Source: Haliotis cracherodii (lineage: Eukaryota). From it: a stretch of DNA of 64,000 nt. The stretch covers positions 13,206,001 through 13,270,000 of the forward strand of contig NW_027266273.1 in the NCBI RefSeq assembly GCF_022045235.1, read 5' to 3'. A model generated the notes under the pieces. That model was given only the letters and a program-made list of their open reading frames with translations, searched no databases and was not told where the DNA came from. The position numbers and the translations under genes are program-made. Shown here in pieces: positions 1 to 12,119 of the stretch. Position 1 is the first letter of the stretch, and each line of letters opens with the position of its first letter.

Positions 1-590
1 AAACGCTTGCATATTATTGTATTGTCCTCGGGGACTTATTCAGTTCCGGCAGACTGTGTATGACTTAAAATTCATAACCCTGAATTTACTTGGGAATTGA
101 CTATTTAATATTTTGAGGTTGGGGGATGTCGGAGCGAGGATTATTCGTATGTTATGCAAACATAGTTACTTATATGAATGATTTCCTTAAAATAGTGTTC
201 GTAACGCAACAGTATAGTCATTAGACATATAAACATATTTATGAGAGAATGAAGCCTATACATGTTACATATACAATGTACTAAATCTTAATCTTGTCAT
301 ACACAATTTCAAGGGTATTTTACTCTGTGTCATCTAGGAACAGCATTTACTATTAGTTCACACGTTAGAAAATACATTAAAACGAGGCCATATTTATAAC
401 ACCTCATCATATATGTATATAGTGACATGAATGGTATTTTTTTTCATTACCTGAGTAATAAATGTAGATCTGGCAGCCTAATGATACATACATTTCAAAC
501 GCTGGTCATATGGGCCTCGGATGACACGTTGATTTCCTAACATGTAGGAAGAACTTCCTTCACCACTCACTCGCACACTCTCCTTTACAG

Positions 591-733
591 GCAGGAACCT
601 CGACTAGATGTTTCTACGTTCTCTTCAACCCAAATACATTCACGTCACGTGACCAGAGGATTTGCGCTGTCTGTGGGGCTGGTGACACCATCAACAAAAC
701 CATCGGTGCCGTCAATGTTACGGTCATAGACAG
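591..733 (+). CDS. ZP protein exon (AGTSTRCFY...NVTVID)
   Basis: tttacag acceptor, ag|gtaac donor, open frame, phase 2 end matches the next exon. Confidence 0.7.
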
Positions 734-3700
734 GTAACATGCCCTTATAAGTACATAATCATTTACTGAACAGATTAACCTTCATCTGTAAATTCAATAC
801 CCAAGAGAACGATCATTCTCGATATTCTGCCCAAACAGATTCCATAGGGCTTTAAAGGCAAATGAAAATTATATGACTGGACCACTGAAATTCAGTGTGT
901 TAACGAAGTGGGTACTCACGTCCTGCTGTACTAGTAGCAACAGCCACTAACACGATTTGATAATAAAGTAAGTTTGTGTTGCCCAGCGCTGCACCCTGCA
1001 CCACTCCGGCCATATGAAGGCGGCAAATATTTAAGTTGCCTCACAAAAGTAGTAATTGCATAAAATAACAGTCGTGGCTTTGTTGAAGAAAGACCTTTTT
1101 CTTGCAACCATTATATATCTCTTCACTTGGGGGTAAACATATATTGAGTGAGTGAGTATGGTTTTACGCCGCTTTTAGCAATATTCCAGTAATATCACGG
1201 CGGGGGACACCAGAAATGGGCTTCACACATTGTACCCATGTCGGGAATGGAACCCGGGTCTTCGGCGTGACGAGCGAATGCTTTAACCAATAGACCACCC
1301 AACCGCCCCTAAAAAATATTCTTATTACGGGGCCTGAGGCAGATCTGTCCCACGTCTCATGACCTAACGTGTTTTCCCTACTGGGGTGATTCTTGATTGA
1401 TATGAGCATACATTGAAAATATTAGGACAATTCCAATTGTTACCTTGTATATGATATATCAAGTCTTTGATTGGCATTTAGAAGTTGAAGACATGAAACT
1501 TTTAAGGATAACAACAGGTGCAGTCACCTTTCTTTGTGACGTTTCTGGGCTTCGTCTTGCCCCTTCATCAATAGAATTCACCAAATGAAGGGGTAAAAAG
1601 TAGCCATGAAACGACATGTTATCCATAACAGTTTTCATATATCTTCATACTTTGTCATATCATATCATATCATATCATATCATATCATAACATGTATTCA
1701 GCAGGTACTAGTTTCAGCTCAAATGCGGTTTTATGTGTTCACTGACCAGGGGATCTGTTTACCTTCCAATCATCATTCTCAACTCTCTTGGGAGTATACA
1801 ACCCAAGTTGCCTTCGGGCCTTAGAGGGTTTATACATCCACCTGACATATCGGGTACCTATTCCCTGCTGGGTGAACAGAGGCACTCTTGCCCGGGGATA
1901 CACCACACGTTTTAACATGTACGTCTTTCTGTTTCCATCAACTGGTGATCGACCACGTGGGTCCTTTTGAGTGCACAGGATGTATGTACTGTACACTAAT
2001 ACTAATTGAATGAGTAATTGGGTTTGTTCAAAAGATAAGGAGCTTGTTGCATTTCAACTTGGCTTGTCTCCCCGTAGTGACCTCGACAGTCGTACTCTGG
2101 GGAACACCCCCCTGGACTCGGATGTGGACATGGCTCTGTACGTGAATGGTTCTGCCGTCACCTCCCCCCTTCAGCTCGGGGACCTCGTACTCATCAACAT
2201 CTCACTCTCGGACGAGGGACTTAAACGTAAGTAAATCACTGGGAATCAGTGAATGCCATTTTATGCCACAGTCTACTTTGTTGATTTTACGCCGCATTCA
2301 GCAATAGTCAAGCTATATGGCACGGCTATTTTTGACCGGACAATCCAATGATTGATAGTATGTGCAACGTCCAAGCCCGTCAGGGAACGATGACACGACG
2401 AGAATCGCCGTACAATTTACCTAACGTGCTTCCCGATCCATTTGATGGCCTCGTACAAAGAGCATAGGTTGTTGGGATCACCCCCACAGGAGCCAGACAG
2501 AGCAAATCAAGGCAGTGTTTTTTGTCATGGGCAGTGATTCAATAGGGAACAGCCCCATGCATACAGGTGACACAATGCATCTTCTGAGGCCAAACATATA
2601 CCAAGGAATTATTCTTCGCCTGAATCCCTTCGGGGATATAACTGTGTATGCTACAGTCTCCTAGTGATATACTAATATACCTATAATGTATATCTTTACC
2701 ACATTCAGCACACATTCAGCTAATGGATGCTAGTTGACGAAAATGCTCTGAGGTGTCATGTCCTAAAGCACACGGGTAACCCTGAATGCGACATTAGTGT
2801 AATAATATAGCATTGCTTGGAGTGGCGACCTGACCTAGATGCCGTGGTTGTGCCGAATCCTTGTCAATAGTTTATCGGCGTGCTGTGTAATGATGCAAAG
2901 TTATAGTAACAAGTTTGTTTTCGTCCCAGGCTTTGATAGCATCCGAGTAGAGAGGTGTGTGGCCACCAATACCCTGGCGGCCGATAACGTAAACTATAAG
3001 GATGCTACATTCATAGAAGGCAGGTAAGTGTCATACAACATCATCTGTTTTAAATATGTATACCGTGGGTCCTGCCAGCGTCATTTTCAGTCAAAATCGT
3101 CCGGATATTGAATTGTCCGGACAACTGAAAAAAGTGTCTTGGTTGAACAGTTATCGATGGTGGTAAGACGAACAATATTGTAACCGGAATTAGATGACAC
3201 CAGTCAAGATAAATACGAAATGAATAGATAGATACAAACCTTAACATACGGCAATTGCTTCGGCAGTCGGGATCTTTGTTGGTACGATAATTTGATGCAT
3301 GTTTATAAAGCGGACTTAACTTCAACTCTTTCACTAATACATGTAGCGCCCTGACGACTAAATATGTCATGTCTCGTCCATAGCTGCAAGTCAACCGACC
3401 TGGGTCTGCTAATGGTCAACGACCTGAACGGCACGGTTACCGGAGGACCGGAGGTCACTTTCGGCTTCTCGGCCTTCAAATTCATCTATGGTTCTTCTGT
3501 CGACGTCACGTGCGCCATCAGAACCTGCCAGAGAGCGTCGGCATGTGCCCCGGTACGTTCCCTGTGTCACGTGACTACAGAATACAGTGTAGGGGTAGTG
3601 GGGTAGCCTCGTGGCTAACATTGTGGCTCATCATGCCTGATGGCCGAGTTGATTCTCCACATGGGTACGATGCGAAAGCTTTTTCTGGTTTCCTCCGCCG

Positions 3701-5324
3701 TGATATTGTTGGGATATTGCGACAAGCGGCGTAAGACCACACTCACTCCAACTAATTTTTTTGTCCAAGAACCGCTAAACACACCTTCATGAATGTACTT
3801 TGAATTTATATCAGTGCTTAGGGTAAAACGGAATATCTTTTTTAATTCTGGTTTCAAATTTTCTGCTCTATTTTCCCATCCACTTAATATGTATAATTAA
3901 TAAGTGATACAAAAAAAGGTCGGAGTTCTTTGAATTAAGACGAAATGAGAGAAAATAAGTTTTTAATAAAATTCAAGAAAAAGAGTTCTACCCTTCTCCT
4001 TCCCCTTCTGACTCGTTTTCCATGCTTTAATCATTTTTTACTCATATAAGAAATGTTGGATGGGCGGATTCTGGAACTCAGTTATCTGTGAGTACCTGTG
4101 AATAACGTGAATGAATGCGTTGCAGGTAAACTGCACAGCTGGAGAGAACACGGGATATGGACGACGAAAGCGACAGGCTGAGGGGAGTGAAAACAAGGTG
4201 CTCCGGGGGATGTACACTATCGGAGAGCGCCAAACGTCAGACACCACGGGTACGAGCGCNNNNNNNNNNNNNNNNNNNNNNNNNNNNNNNNNNNNNNNNN
4301 NNNNNNNNNNNNNNNNNNNNNNNNNNNNNNNNNNNNNNNNNNNNNNNNNNNNNNNNNNNNNNNNNNNNNNNNNNNNNNNNNNNNNNNNNNNNNNNNNNNN
4401 NNNNNNNNNNNNNNNNNNNNNNNNNNNNNNNNNNNNNNNNNNNNNNNNNNNNNNNNNNNNNNNNNNNNNNNNNNNNNNNNNNNNNNNNNNNNNNNNNNNN
4501 NNNNNNNNNNNNNNNNNNNNTCTCTTGTAATATTCCTATGTAAACTGCCAACTGAAATGAAACAAACAAACAAAGTTTATTTGATGGTGCTGCATTTGGT
4601 TCGGTTTCATAGTTCTGTTTAATGTTGCAGTGTTTTGACGATTATTTTCAAAATGGAAACGTTTTGTTAACTTAGGGGTCAAACACAATTTTCAAGTGCA
4701 TACTTTCTTTTTCCCGGTATTTTATATGAAAGTCCCGAAAGGTAATCGGCCTGTCAGTGTAATTTGGTTTGGCAGAATAAGACGCTGCGTGTTGTTTGTG
4801 TATTTTTTTCAAAATAACAGAGCATGAACATTTGATGAATGGTGCACGTCGTTTAGATTCATAACAGCTGAGTGGGTTGTTGTACTAGACTATGGAAACT
4901 GGAAGGGACTTTCTCGACATTCGTAATCTAAACTCTTGGCACGGCTTATATGTTTTAAGTGCGTGGTTACTAAAATGCATTTACCATAATTTTTCTTGTC
5001 GAGATAGCATGTTTGTCAGATTTGCGCATTCGCCTTTTGGAAAAAATACAATCTTCTAACATGAGAATTGGGTGTCTATCTTTGATACATGCGGCGCTCT
5101 TTTCAGCTGTCCAGAAGAAAGAAGACACGGCGGAATGTGCTATGGACTCCGAGATGATCACCACTGTGGTGGCGCTGTCCGTCGCGCTCGTATTGGTGCT
5201 CCTCCTCTGTATCATCCTCATCGTCAAGGCCATCCTCAGCCGCACCACCGTCTACCGCGACGACACCAGCAGCTCCACCACCCATCTGCCACACCTCCCA
5301 ACTCTTGTTAGCAACAAGATGTAA
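591..5324 (+). CDS. Zona pellucida (ZP) domain transmembrane protein, 5'-partial (6 exons in window, ~298 aa)
   Basis: Exons 591-733, 2078-2226, 2930-3023, 3384-3552, 4126-4249 and 5107-5324 have GT-AG ends and join in frame (897 nt). ZP-C motifs (GDLVLINI, IRVERCVAT, FGFSAFKF, VTCAIRTC) are followed by a furin site RRKR, a TM helix and a short tail. AATAAA at 5414-5419. Confidence 0.85.
1146..1309 (-). mobile_element. SINE family A (tRNA-Asp-like head, ~165 bp)
   Basis: A box and B box (GGTTCGATTCC), GTC anticodon-like loop, tail GCTGGAATATTGCTAAAAGCGGCGTAAAACC(ACTC)n. Other copies: 3591-3747, 6662-6812, 13978-14126, 55607-55779, 58646-58800. Confidence 0.9.
2078..2226 (+). CDS. ZP protein exon (DLDSRTL...DEGLK)
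   Basis: cccgtag acceptor, gtaagt donor, phase 2 to 1. Confidence 0.85.
2930..3023 (+). CDS. ZP protein exon (FDSIRVERCVATN...FIEG)
   Basis: cccag acceptor, gtaagt donor, phase 1 to 2. Confidence 0.85.
3384..3552 (+). CDS. ZP protein exon (CKST...FSAFKF...CAIRTC...CAP)
   Basis: ccatag acceptor, gtacgt donor, ZP-C core motif. Confidence 0.9.
4126..4249 (+). CDS. ZP protein exon with furin cleavage site RRKR
   Basis: tgcag acceptor, g|gtacga donor; encodes VNCTAGENTGYGRRKRQAE. Confidence 0.85.
5107..5324 (+). CDS. ZP protein terminal exon (TM helix and cytoplasmic tail)
   Basis: ttttcag acceptor, hydrophobic VVALSVALVLVLLLCIILIV, stop TAA, downstream AATAAA. Confidence 0.88.
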
Positions 5325-5898
5325 GGACAGATCTGCTGTAAAGGCGACACCTTTATACTGATACTGGAATTCGATTAACTCTGACCAACGTCTAATATCT
5401 TTTCATTATCTCGAATAAATATACCTCTGCATGTCATCAATATTGTGGCGTTCGTGTTGTCAATAACGTACATCCAAAATGTTTGATCAATACATTATAA
5501 GAGTGAGTTTTGCCGCTTTGAACAGTGTCTGGTGTTATCTGTGTCTGTTTAATGTGGAAGGAAAACCAATGGTAACGCAGGGTCGAAGATGTTGTCCATT
5601 TTCAAAATTCCACAGAGCACGGACGCGGCCCTGACAGATAAAGGTTATCTGGTACTAAAACAGCAGATACTGGCACGGCTAAGGGACGAAACTCTATATG
5701 GCGAATTGCTGCGCCTTGGATCACCGAGTCACTCGTTCCTTTTCCCATGCTGAGATAAAATGAAGGCTTGATACATACGACCGCCTGACCACAACGCGTT
5801 TCGATAGGTTTGCGCCTTTGTCTATGTTGGCTTCATAAAGTTTACGGAACACAAACCTTGATCCTCTGTCTAAGGAAGTTGTTTTACATTTTAGACTT

Positions 5899-6081
5899 GG
5901 CCCATTGACCCATCTATAAATTCACTTTTCAGTGTATACACGGAATCGTGCATGGACAATTTGGAGATAAACCTAGTGTGTTTTCAAATTAAGAGGTTTC
6001 GAGCGTAGATTCCATATTAGAAAAGGTTATCTCCAAATTGCCCATCCATGAAACATGCCTTTATAGATGGGTCAGTGGGCC
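5899..6081. mobile_element. Small MITE
   Basis: TIR GGCCCATTGACCCATCTATAAA plus an internal inverted repeat. Confidence 0.7.
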
Positions 6082-6370
6082 CTCGGTTATCCAGGTGTAT
6101 GCAGAGCGCTGAATTACGGGGGTATTGGCCTTCCATCACTGGAGTATCTGCTCTCGGTTGTTTCAGCATGTCACACTGCAGTCTCGAATATCTGCCGAAA
6201 CAGATTCCATTAAACGTAAGCGGGAAAATAGTGGTAAAACATATGTGGTGACACCAGGTGTTTGCAAAAAAGGTGCCACGTGTCGCAATTTATTCAAACA
6301 CGATGATACCCAAACAACGTGGCCATGCATTGGACTGTTGTTCAATTTACATATCAGTAATATAATAAGT

Positions 6371-6537
6371 GACTATTGACTGACTATGGTTTTACGCCGC
6401 TTTTAGCAATATTCCAGCAATATCACGGCGGGGGACACCAGAAATGGGCTCCATACATTGTACCCATGTCGGGAATCGAACCCGGGTCTTCGGCGTGACG
6501 AGCGAACGCTTTAACCACTAGGCTACCCGACCTCCCC
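6371..6537 (-). mobile_element. SINE family A, young copy
   Basis: Near-consensus; TSD aatataataagt. Confidence 0.9.
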
Positions 6538-6935
6538 AATATAATAAGTAATAAGTTATACACAAGCATACACCTTAAGGAAACAAAGATGAAAGGGTGT
6601 GGAGGATCCTTGGTATTCTCTGACGATGCTGAGTGTTGTTAATTACAACTATTTATCCCTTGGGCGGTGGGTAGCCTAATGGTTTAAGCGTTCGCTTGTC
6701 ACACCCAAGGCCCAGTTCGATTCAACACATGGCTAATTGTGCGAAACCCATTCCCGGTGTCCACCATCCTGATATTGTTGCAATAGCGGCATAAAACTAT
6801 ACTCACCCACTCTTTAATTATCGGGAGCTAATATTGATAAATGGAACTTTTTTCATTGTCAGTGGGCATTAAGTGAAGAATTATAACTAATTATAACTAA
6901 TTATAACTAATTATCTTTTCTTTTCATATATTTTG

Positions 6936-7530
6936 GGGGGCACGGGTGGCCCAGTCGTCTAAGGCGCCGCGATTCGCTGTGCAGAATTGCGTCCCTTGGG
7001 CCTTAAATATTCATTATCCCACGTCACGAAGTGGAACATGAAGGAGGATATAGGAATGGGTGTTTCTGGTTTGACATATCCATCCAATCTGTTATTAAAA
7101 AATCTCTCTAACTATGATTTGTGTAAACAGACAAATGTTTTCAAGAGCCTAATTCCTGATCACATATATTCCTCTCTGTAAAATATAACCTTGTTTTGTT
7201 TTTTTTCATCTCACTTGTTTTATACGGCCATGTAAGCTTCTTCATGACTAGACAGGGGCACAGGTGGCCCAGTCGTCTAAGGCTCCGCGATTTGCTGGGC
7301 AGAGTTGCGTCCCTTGGGCACGCCAGAAACCTATGATTGTGGGTTCGAATCCCGGTTCGCCCCGATTATGTTTCTAGGTTTGTCAGCACCATACCCGTGC
7401 TCGTGGGTTTCACCGAAGTAGTAAACGTCTAAGACCTGAATCACTTCGGGCTTTCCTCCCCCATTAAGCTGACACGCCGTGCTATAACTGTAATAATGTT
7501 AATAGCGGCGTTACTCACTCACTCACTCAC
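6936..7530 (+). mobile_element. Composite family C SINE (head fragment, ~250 bp foreign DNA, full copy 7255-7530)
   Basis: A single TSD tcatatattttg (6924-6935, 7531-7542) brackets the whole unit. Confidence 0.8.
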
Positions 7531-7679
7531 TCATATATTTTGCGTGAAAATAGTTATGAGACGCCAGAATACTTTCGGCTAACCTCACCCTATCTGTAAC
7601 CGGACATAGCCGATCGTGTTCAAATAGGTCGGAATACAGCATATATTATTTTATATTTCATATATATTTTGTTTAAAGG

Positions 7680-8640
7680 CTGTTGTCGGTGATTCCTGTT
7701 GTTCTGATCGACAACCCACACAAAACATTTGACTCATGTCGTTTCATTCAATTTGTTCATCTTGTCAAAAGTATCGCACCACCAAGATCTTTTGATAATC
7801 AGAAGAGAGAGGTAAGGAGAAGCTGGAAGGCGAAACAAAAGCAATCAAAGTGTTACTCCAGACACGATTCCTACCATCAGTGTGGTGCAATAAAACCTAC
7901 TCTTCTCAGACCAATTAATCCTCCTCAGTGGCCCCGGGGGCACGGGTGGCCCAGTCGTCTAAGGCGCCGTGATTCGCTGTGCAGAGTTGCGTCCCCTGGA
8001 CACGCCAGAAACCTATGATTGTGGGTTCGAATCCCGGTTCGCCCCGATTATGTTTCTAGGTTCGTCAGCACCATACCCGTGCTCGTGGGTTTCACCGAAG
8101 TGGTAAACGTCTGAGACCTGCATCACTTCGAGCTTTTCTCCCACATTAAGCTGACACGCCGTGATAAAACTGGAATAATGTTAAAAGCGGCGTTAAACCC
8201 AACTCACTCACTCACTCACCTCAGTGGCCCCAAGTTCCAGTGTGCTCGAGCCTGTCACCAGGCTAAACGATGATGCATGTATTGGGGCGAGAGGAGTGGA
8301 CGTCTTATTGGACTTCTGGCCTTTAATCCTGCTGCATTTAGTCGACGCCTGGTGGTGCTAAGTGATACTCTGATGTGGGCGTGCCAGTGATGACGAAGAA
8401 CAGTGCAAGTTGAAGTTAGTAACCGTTTTGCCTGGCAAACGGAAACTGCCCTCTCTGCCACTGGTCCTTCGTGGACGTCCTGAAGTCCCTCACATGTCCA
8501 GTCAATGTGTGCTTTCTAATGAGTCAGCTGATAACAGTCTGACTATTGTTCAACACGGTGACAATAGACATGCCAATGCTTTTGCATAATTGGTTTTCTG
8601 GGATAGTACGCTCATGCATTTCAGTCGATCCAAAAGACAG
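7680..8640 (-). mobile_element. Tc1 transposase remnant (interrupted by SINE C)
   Basis: RVSLSTTRRRLNAAGLKARSPIRRPLL...RLAW and INWSEKSRF (WSDESRF-like); contains stops and frameshifts. Confidence 0.75.
7936..8218 (+). mobile_element. SINE family C (tRNA-Leu-like head, V-domain-like core) inserted in a Tc1 remnant
   Basis: TGGCCCAGTCGTCTAAGGCGCC...GTGGGTTCGAATCCC head, GTGGGTTTC...TTTTCTCCCACA core; TSD cctcagtggcccc. Degenerate copies at 41765-42009 and 47450-47725. Confidence 0.88.
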
Positions 8641-10394
8641 ACTTTTAAATTGGTTGAACTTTCATTCCAAATATATAGTAGTAAAGACCTTCTGTCATCA
8701 AACATGAATTTCTCTATAGAGACCCCTCAGATGTGCATACGGTTCGCATTAACGCCACAAGGTTGGGCAGTTAATGTGGCCACCATTCTGCAGGCAGATG
8801 ATGTGTCAACACACAGCGTGCCATTTGTAAATCTCTACACTGAAAGTGAGCTCGCATACACTTCAAATTTGGTGGTGCGATACTTTCGACTAGGTGTATA
8901 CTTGCTAACATCAAAGAGTTCGCGTTTGATGTTGTCATGGTAGAAGTTAAACACGGTGTGTTTTTCATGAAGAGCTAGGTTACATGTAGATTAAGCAGCG
9001 CTAAATCAAATTGGAACCGAATACATAGTTTTAGTATTTATTCATTACAATAATAACATTTTGTTTGTCTGGTTGTTGTTTGTTGTTTAACGCCGCACTG
9101 AGCAATGTTTCAGCTATATGTCGACAGACGGTAATTTATTGAGTCTGGACAAGACAATCCAGTGACTGATATTATGAGCAGCGAACCACGCCGCCGAGAT
9201 ACGATTAACTGACGTATAGGAATGCAACAATGACAGTGGGGGTCTTGAAGTTATCTTCTTGAATATGACATATTTGTTTTTAATATAATTGTCTTGCCTA
9301 GAAGTCTATAGTTTCTTTAAAGTGATTATCAAGACAAACTGACAAGGAGCTTCTTTGGAGAAAAAGACTTTATTAATTGTCAAAATACGTGATTGTATAT
9401 ACTAAAATATTGTTCAAAACAAACAACACATATTTAACAATGTACATTCTTTGAAATTGATATCAAGAAAATTACTTCTTTAATACAAAGATGCATTTCA
9501 CATGTTGACATAAAGTTTCTTTGGAGAAAGGGATTTTATTGCTTTGGTGCACGCTCGGTTGGTGTGCCAAGCAACATTGCTATAACGTCAATACTGGGCA
9601 GGCTTGATGAATTCCGAAAATAAGGAACCACAAATAGTAGTTACGTGTTCGCGCAACGACAAAGTGTAATTCCCCACAGACAAGGAAACCACGTTTTATT
9701 AAGTAGGAAATAGGAAGTAGGATTTATGATAACTCAGACAAATTACATTCCCAACAGTTTACAAATACGTCTGTACTGGCCTCAAGTCTTGGCTTGTCAT
9801 GGGCAGTATGTTCCATGAAGCTGACGTGGCAAAAATTCAAGTATGCCCAGATAGAAATGTGGCAAGCAGTGAACTCTCACATTTCTTTGACATTTATTGC
9901 ATGCCTGTATTAATTTCAAGATTTACAGTATAACAAAGAGAATGTTTTTTTACGAAACGAATGTCAAGGGTCTAGTACTTCCGTGTCGAGAGCGCTCGAT
10001 TCGTGTGGACTTAGTCAAACGTTAAACAATGCGGAAAATACGAAGTATTCAAGGTTGCCTACATGTGTAAGGCGATTGATTGTTTTTTTCTTATCAGTTG
10101 GTTAACCGACCGACGAAACTCTCAAAACTCGAAAAATTATTTTAAAAAACTATTTATAGTGTTGCAGGCCTTGGGCCATGTTTGAGGCCAGTAACGCAAA
10201 TGGTAAAAAATAGAGCATATTCTAATTCCTTTTTCCCTTACTGATTACTTGATTGATAATAACAATATCGTTGGTTATTTATATGTTAGTTAGTTATTGT
10301 GCTTAGGCGCTCTTGACTAAACCGATACTGTAGTCGATGGTTTAGTGCCTCCTTCAGCCATGTGATTAGGGTCACCACTTTGATAGATTCGCGT

Positions 10395-10424
<30 letters not shown>

Positions 10425-10425
<1 letters not shown>

Positions 10426-11040
10426 TGCCTTAAAAGTGAAACAGAAGGCATTCTGTTTGCTGCTCAGGACCAGTCACTACAAACTCGAAACCGTCAATGT
10501 GTGATTTTGCATCAAAATCTAATGAATTTAATGAGACTGTTCAACACATTGTCAGTAGATGCCCAGATTAAGCACAAAGACAGTATCTTAAGCGACATGA
10601 TGGTGCGGCTCGATCTTTTTATTACCGTCTTCGCCATGCTTGTGGTTTTGAGGTCCATCCATGGTACGACCAGGAATATGTAGAGGACGTCATGGAAAAT
10701 TATCAATACCAAATTCTTTGGAATAGTCCCGTATACAGCCTCAGACGTATCCAGGCGTCAGGTAAAACATGTCAAATATGCAGACCTCGCTTTAAATATG
10801 GCACGCTTGCATCCCAAATACCAAGTTGTCCGACTCCCCATTGTTCTCGATGCCTTAGGTTTGGTTCCTCCCAATCTGTTGACTGATTGTGGGAGAGTAC
10901 CCGGGTTTGCTGCCAGGAATACAACCCTTCTGACAATCTGGGTAATGCAGAAGGCTGCATTGTTGGGGAGTCTTCACATTCTCCCAAAAGTTTTCGGTGA
11001 GTTCGACAAGGCAGCACTTCCTGGGAGAAGTCCTATTCAT
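10425..11040 (+). mobile_element. R4/Dong-clade (RLE) non-LTR retrotransposon, 3' ORF remnant
   Basis: LKSETEGILFAAQDQSLQTRN, RHD, ILWNSPVY, RLPIVLDALGLVP; adjoins a (TAA)n tract at 10397-10424. Confidence 0.75.
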
Positions 11041-11571
11041 ATAATTATCATATAAGGAAAGCGAGTAAACAAACAAAGAGGTTTTTTAGTGACTAAAATC
11101 AAACCTCCTGGGACTGCCAATCTAGAGCCTCTTGCCAACTGCTTGGGTTAGCATCGTTCTCATACAGAATATATCACAATGACAGGCACCAGTTTGGAAC
11201 ACTTATATAATACAGTATGATATGAACACATTCAATGATATCTTGATGCTTCAAACAATCAGAATTTGTGATCCAAAGTGAAGGTTATGTGCACTGTTTC
11301 TTTACAGGGAGTTCGTTATAGTTGTGTTATTGTAGAAACCAGTTTCCTAAAATACTATCAATACTGCTCACATAATTTTAGGATTATCGGATTCTTTAAT
11401 ATTACTCAAATTAATGTCATGGCATGACAGATGAAGTATATAATATGAAAGAATTGGGAACATCTTGGGGAGATGTTTAGTGATCATCATGTCTGAATGA
11501 ATCCATTCGCGCTCCTGAAACAATCGCGAAGAAGGTGCATAGCAAGAGATAGATTTTCCGTAGCGTTCTGC

Positions 11572-12119
11572 TCACAAAAGTGCTTCTACAACCTTTGACA
11601 TCTCCGAGTTCAGCTCGAGCTTATCACCGGAAGTGACCCCGAGTTCTACGCTGAAGTGGTATCTGTTGTAGACACCAAATACTGGCCACAGTGATTTAGT
11701 GGTGTCGATATCCTCGAAGGTCCACATGACGTCACCAGTTCTTCCATCCAGGAACGTGAGACTGCGTTGATCCAGGTTTAACATGACGCCCATGTCAAGG
11801 TCGATTGTTGCTTCCTCCTCGCACTGCATGACGGGAGTGTCAAACAAGACCTTGGAGTTACAGACAACCTTGACACAAATAGCTTTGTGTGTTGAGCAGA
11901 TGCTGACGACAAGGCTCCATGCTCGAGGCGTCTCCCACACGCAGTAGGAGTTGTCCAAGACGTCGCCGTGGGCTACAGCGGCCTCAAGTATCATCTTTCC
12001 AAACGACGAGACCTTCGCCAGGACTCGGACATTACATGTGACATTCCAATAATGGACGCCCTTCCCAGAAAAACACCGACTTCCGGTAGTTCCACAATAG
12101 TTGCTGAAGCCAGCCGAGC
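11572..12119 (-). CDS. TRIM terminal exon, SPRY/B30.2 domain
   Basis: gtctag acceptor; encodes NYCGTTGSRCFSGKGVHYWNV...LWPVFGVY; stop TGA. Confidence 0.88.

Noticed and set aside
4111-4573. ORFs spanning the N-run
   Set aside because: Assembly-gap artefacts; only 4126-4249 is exonic.
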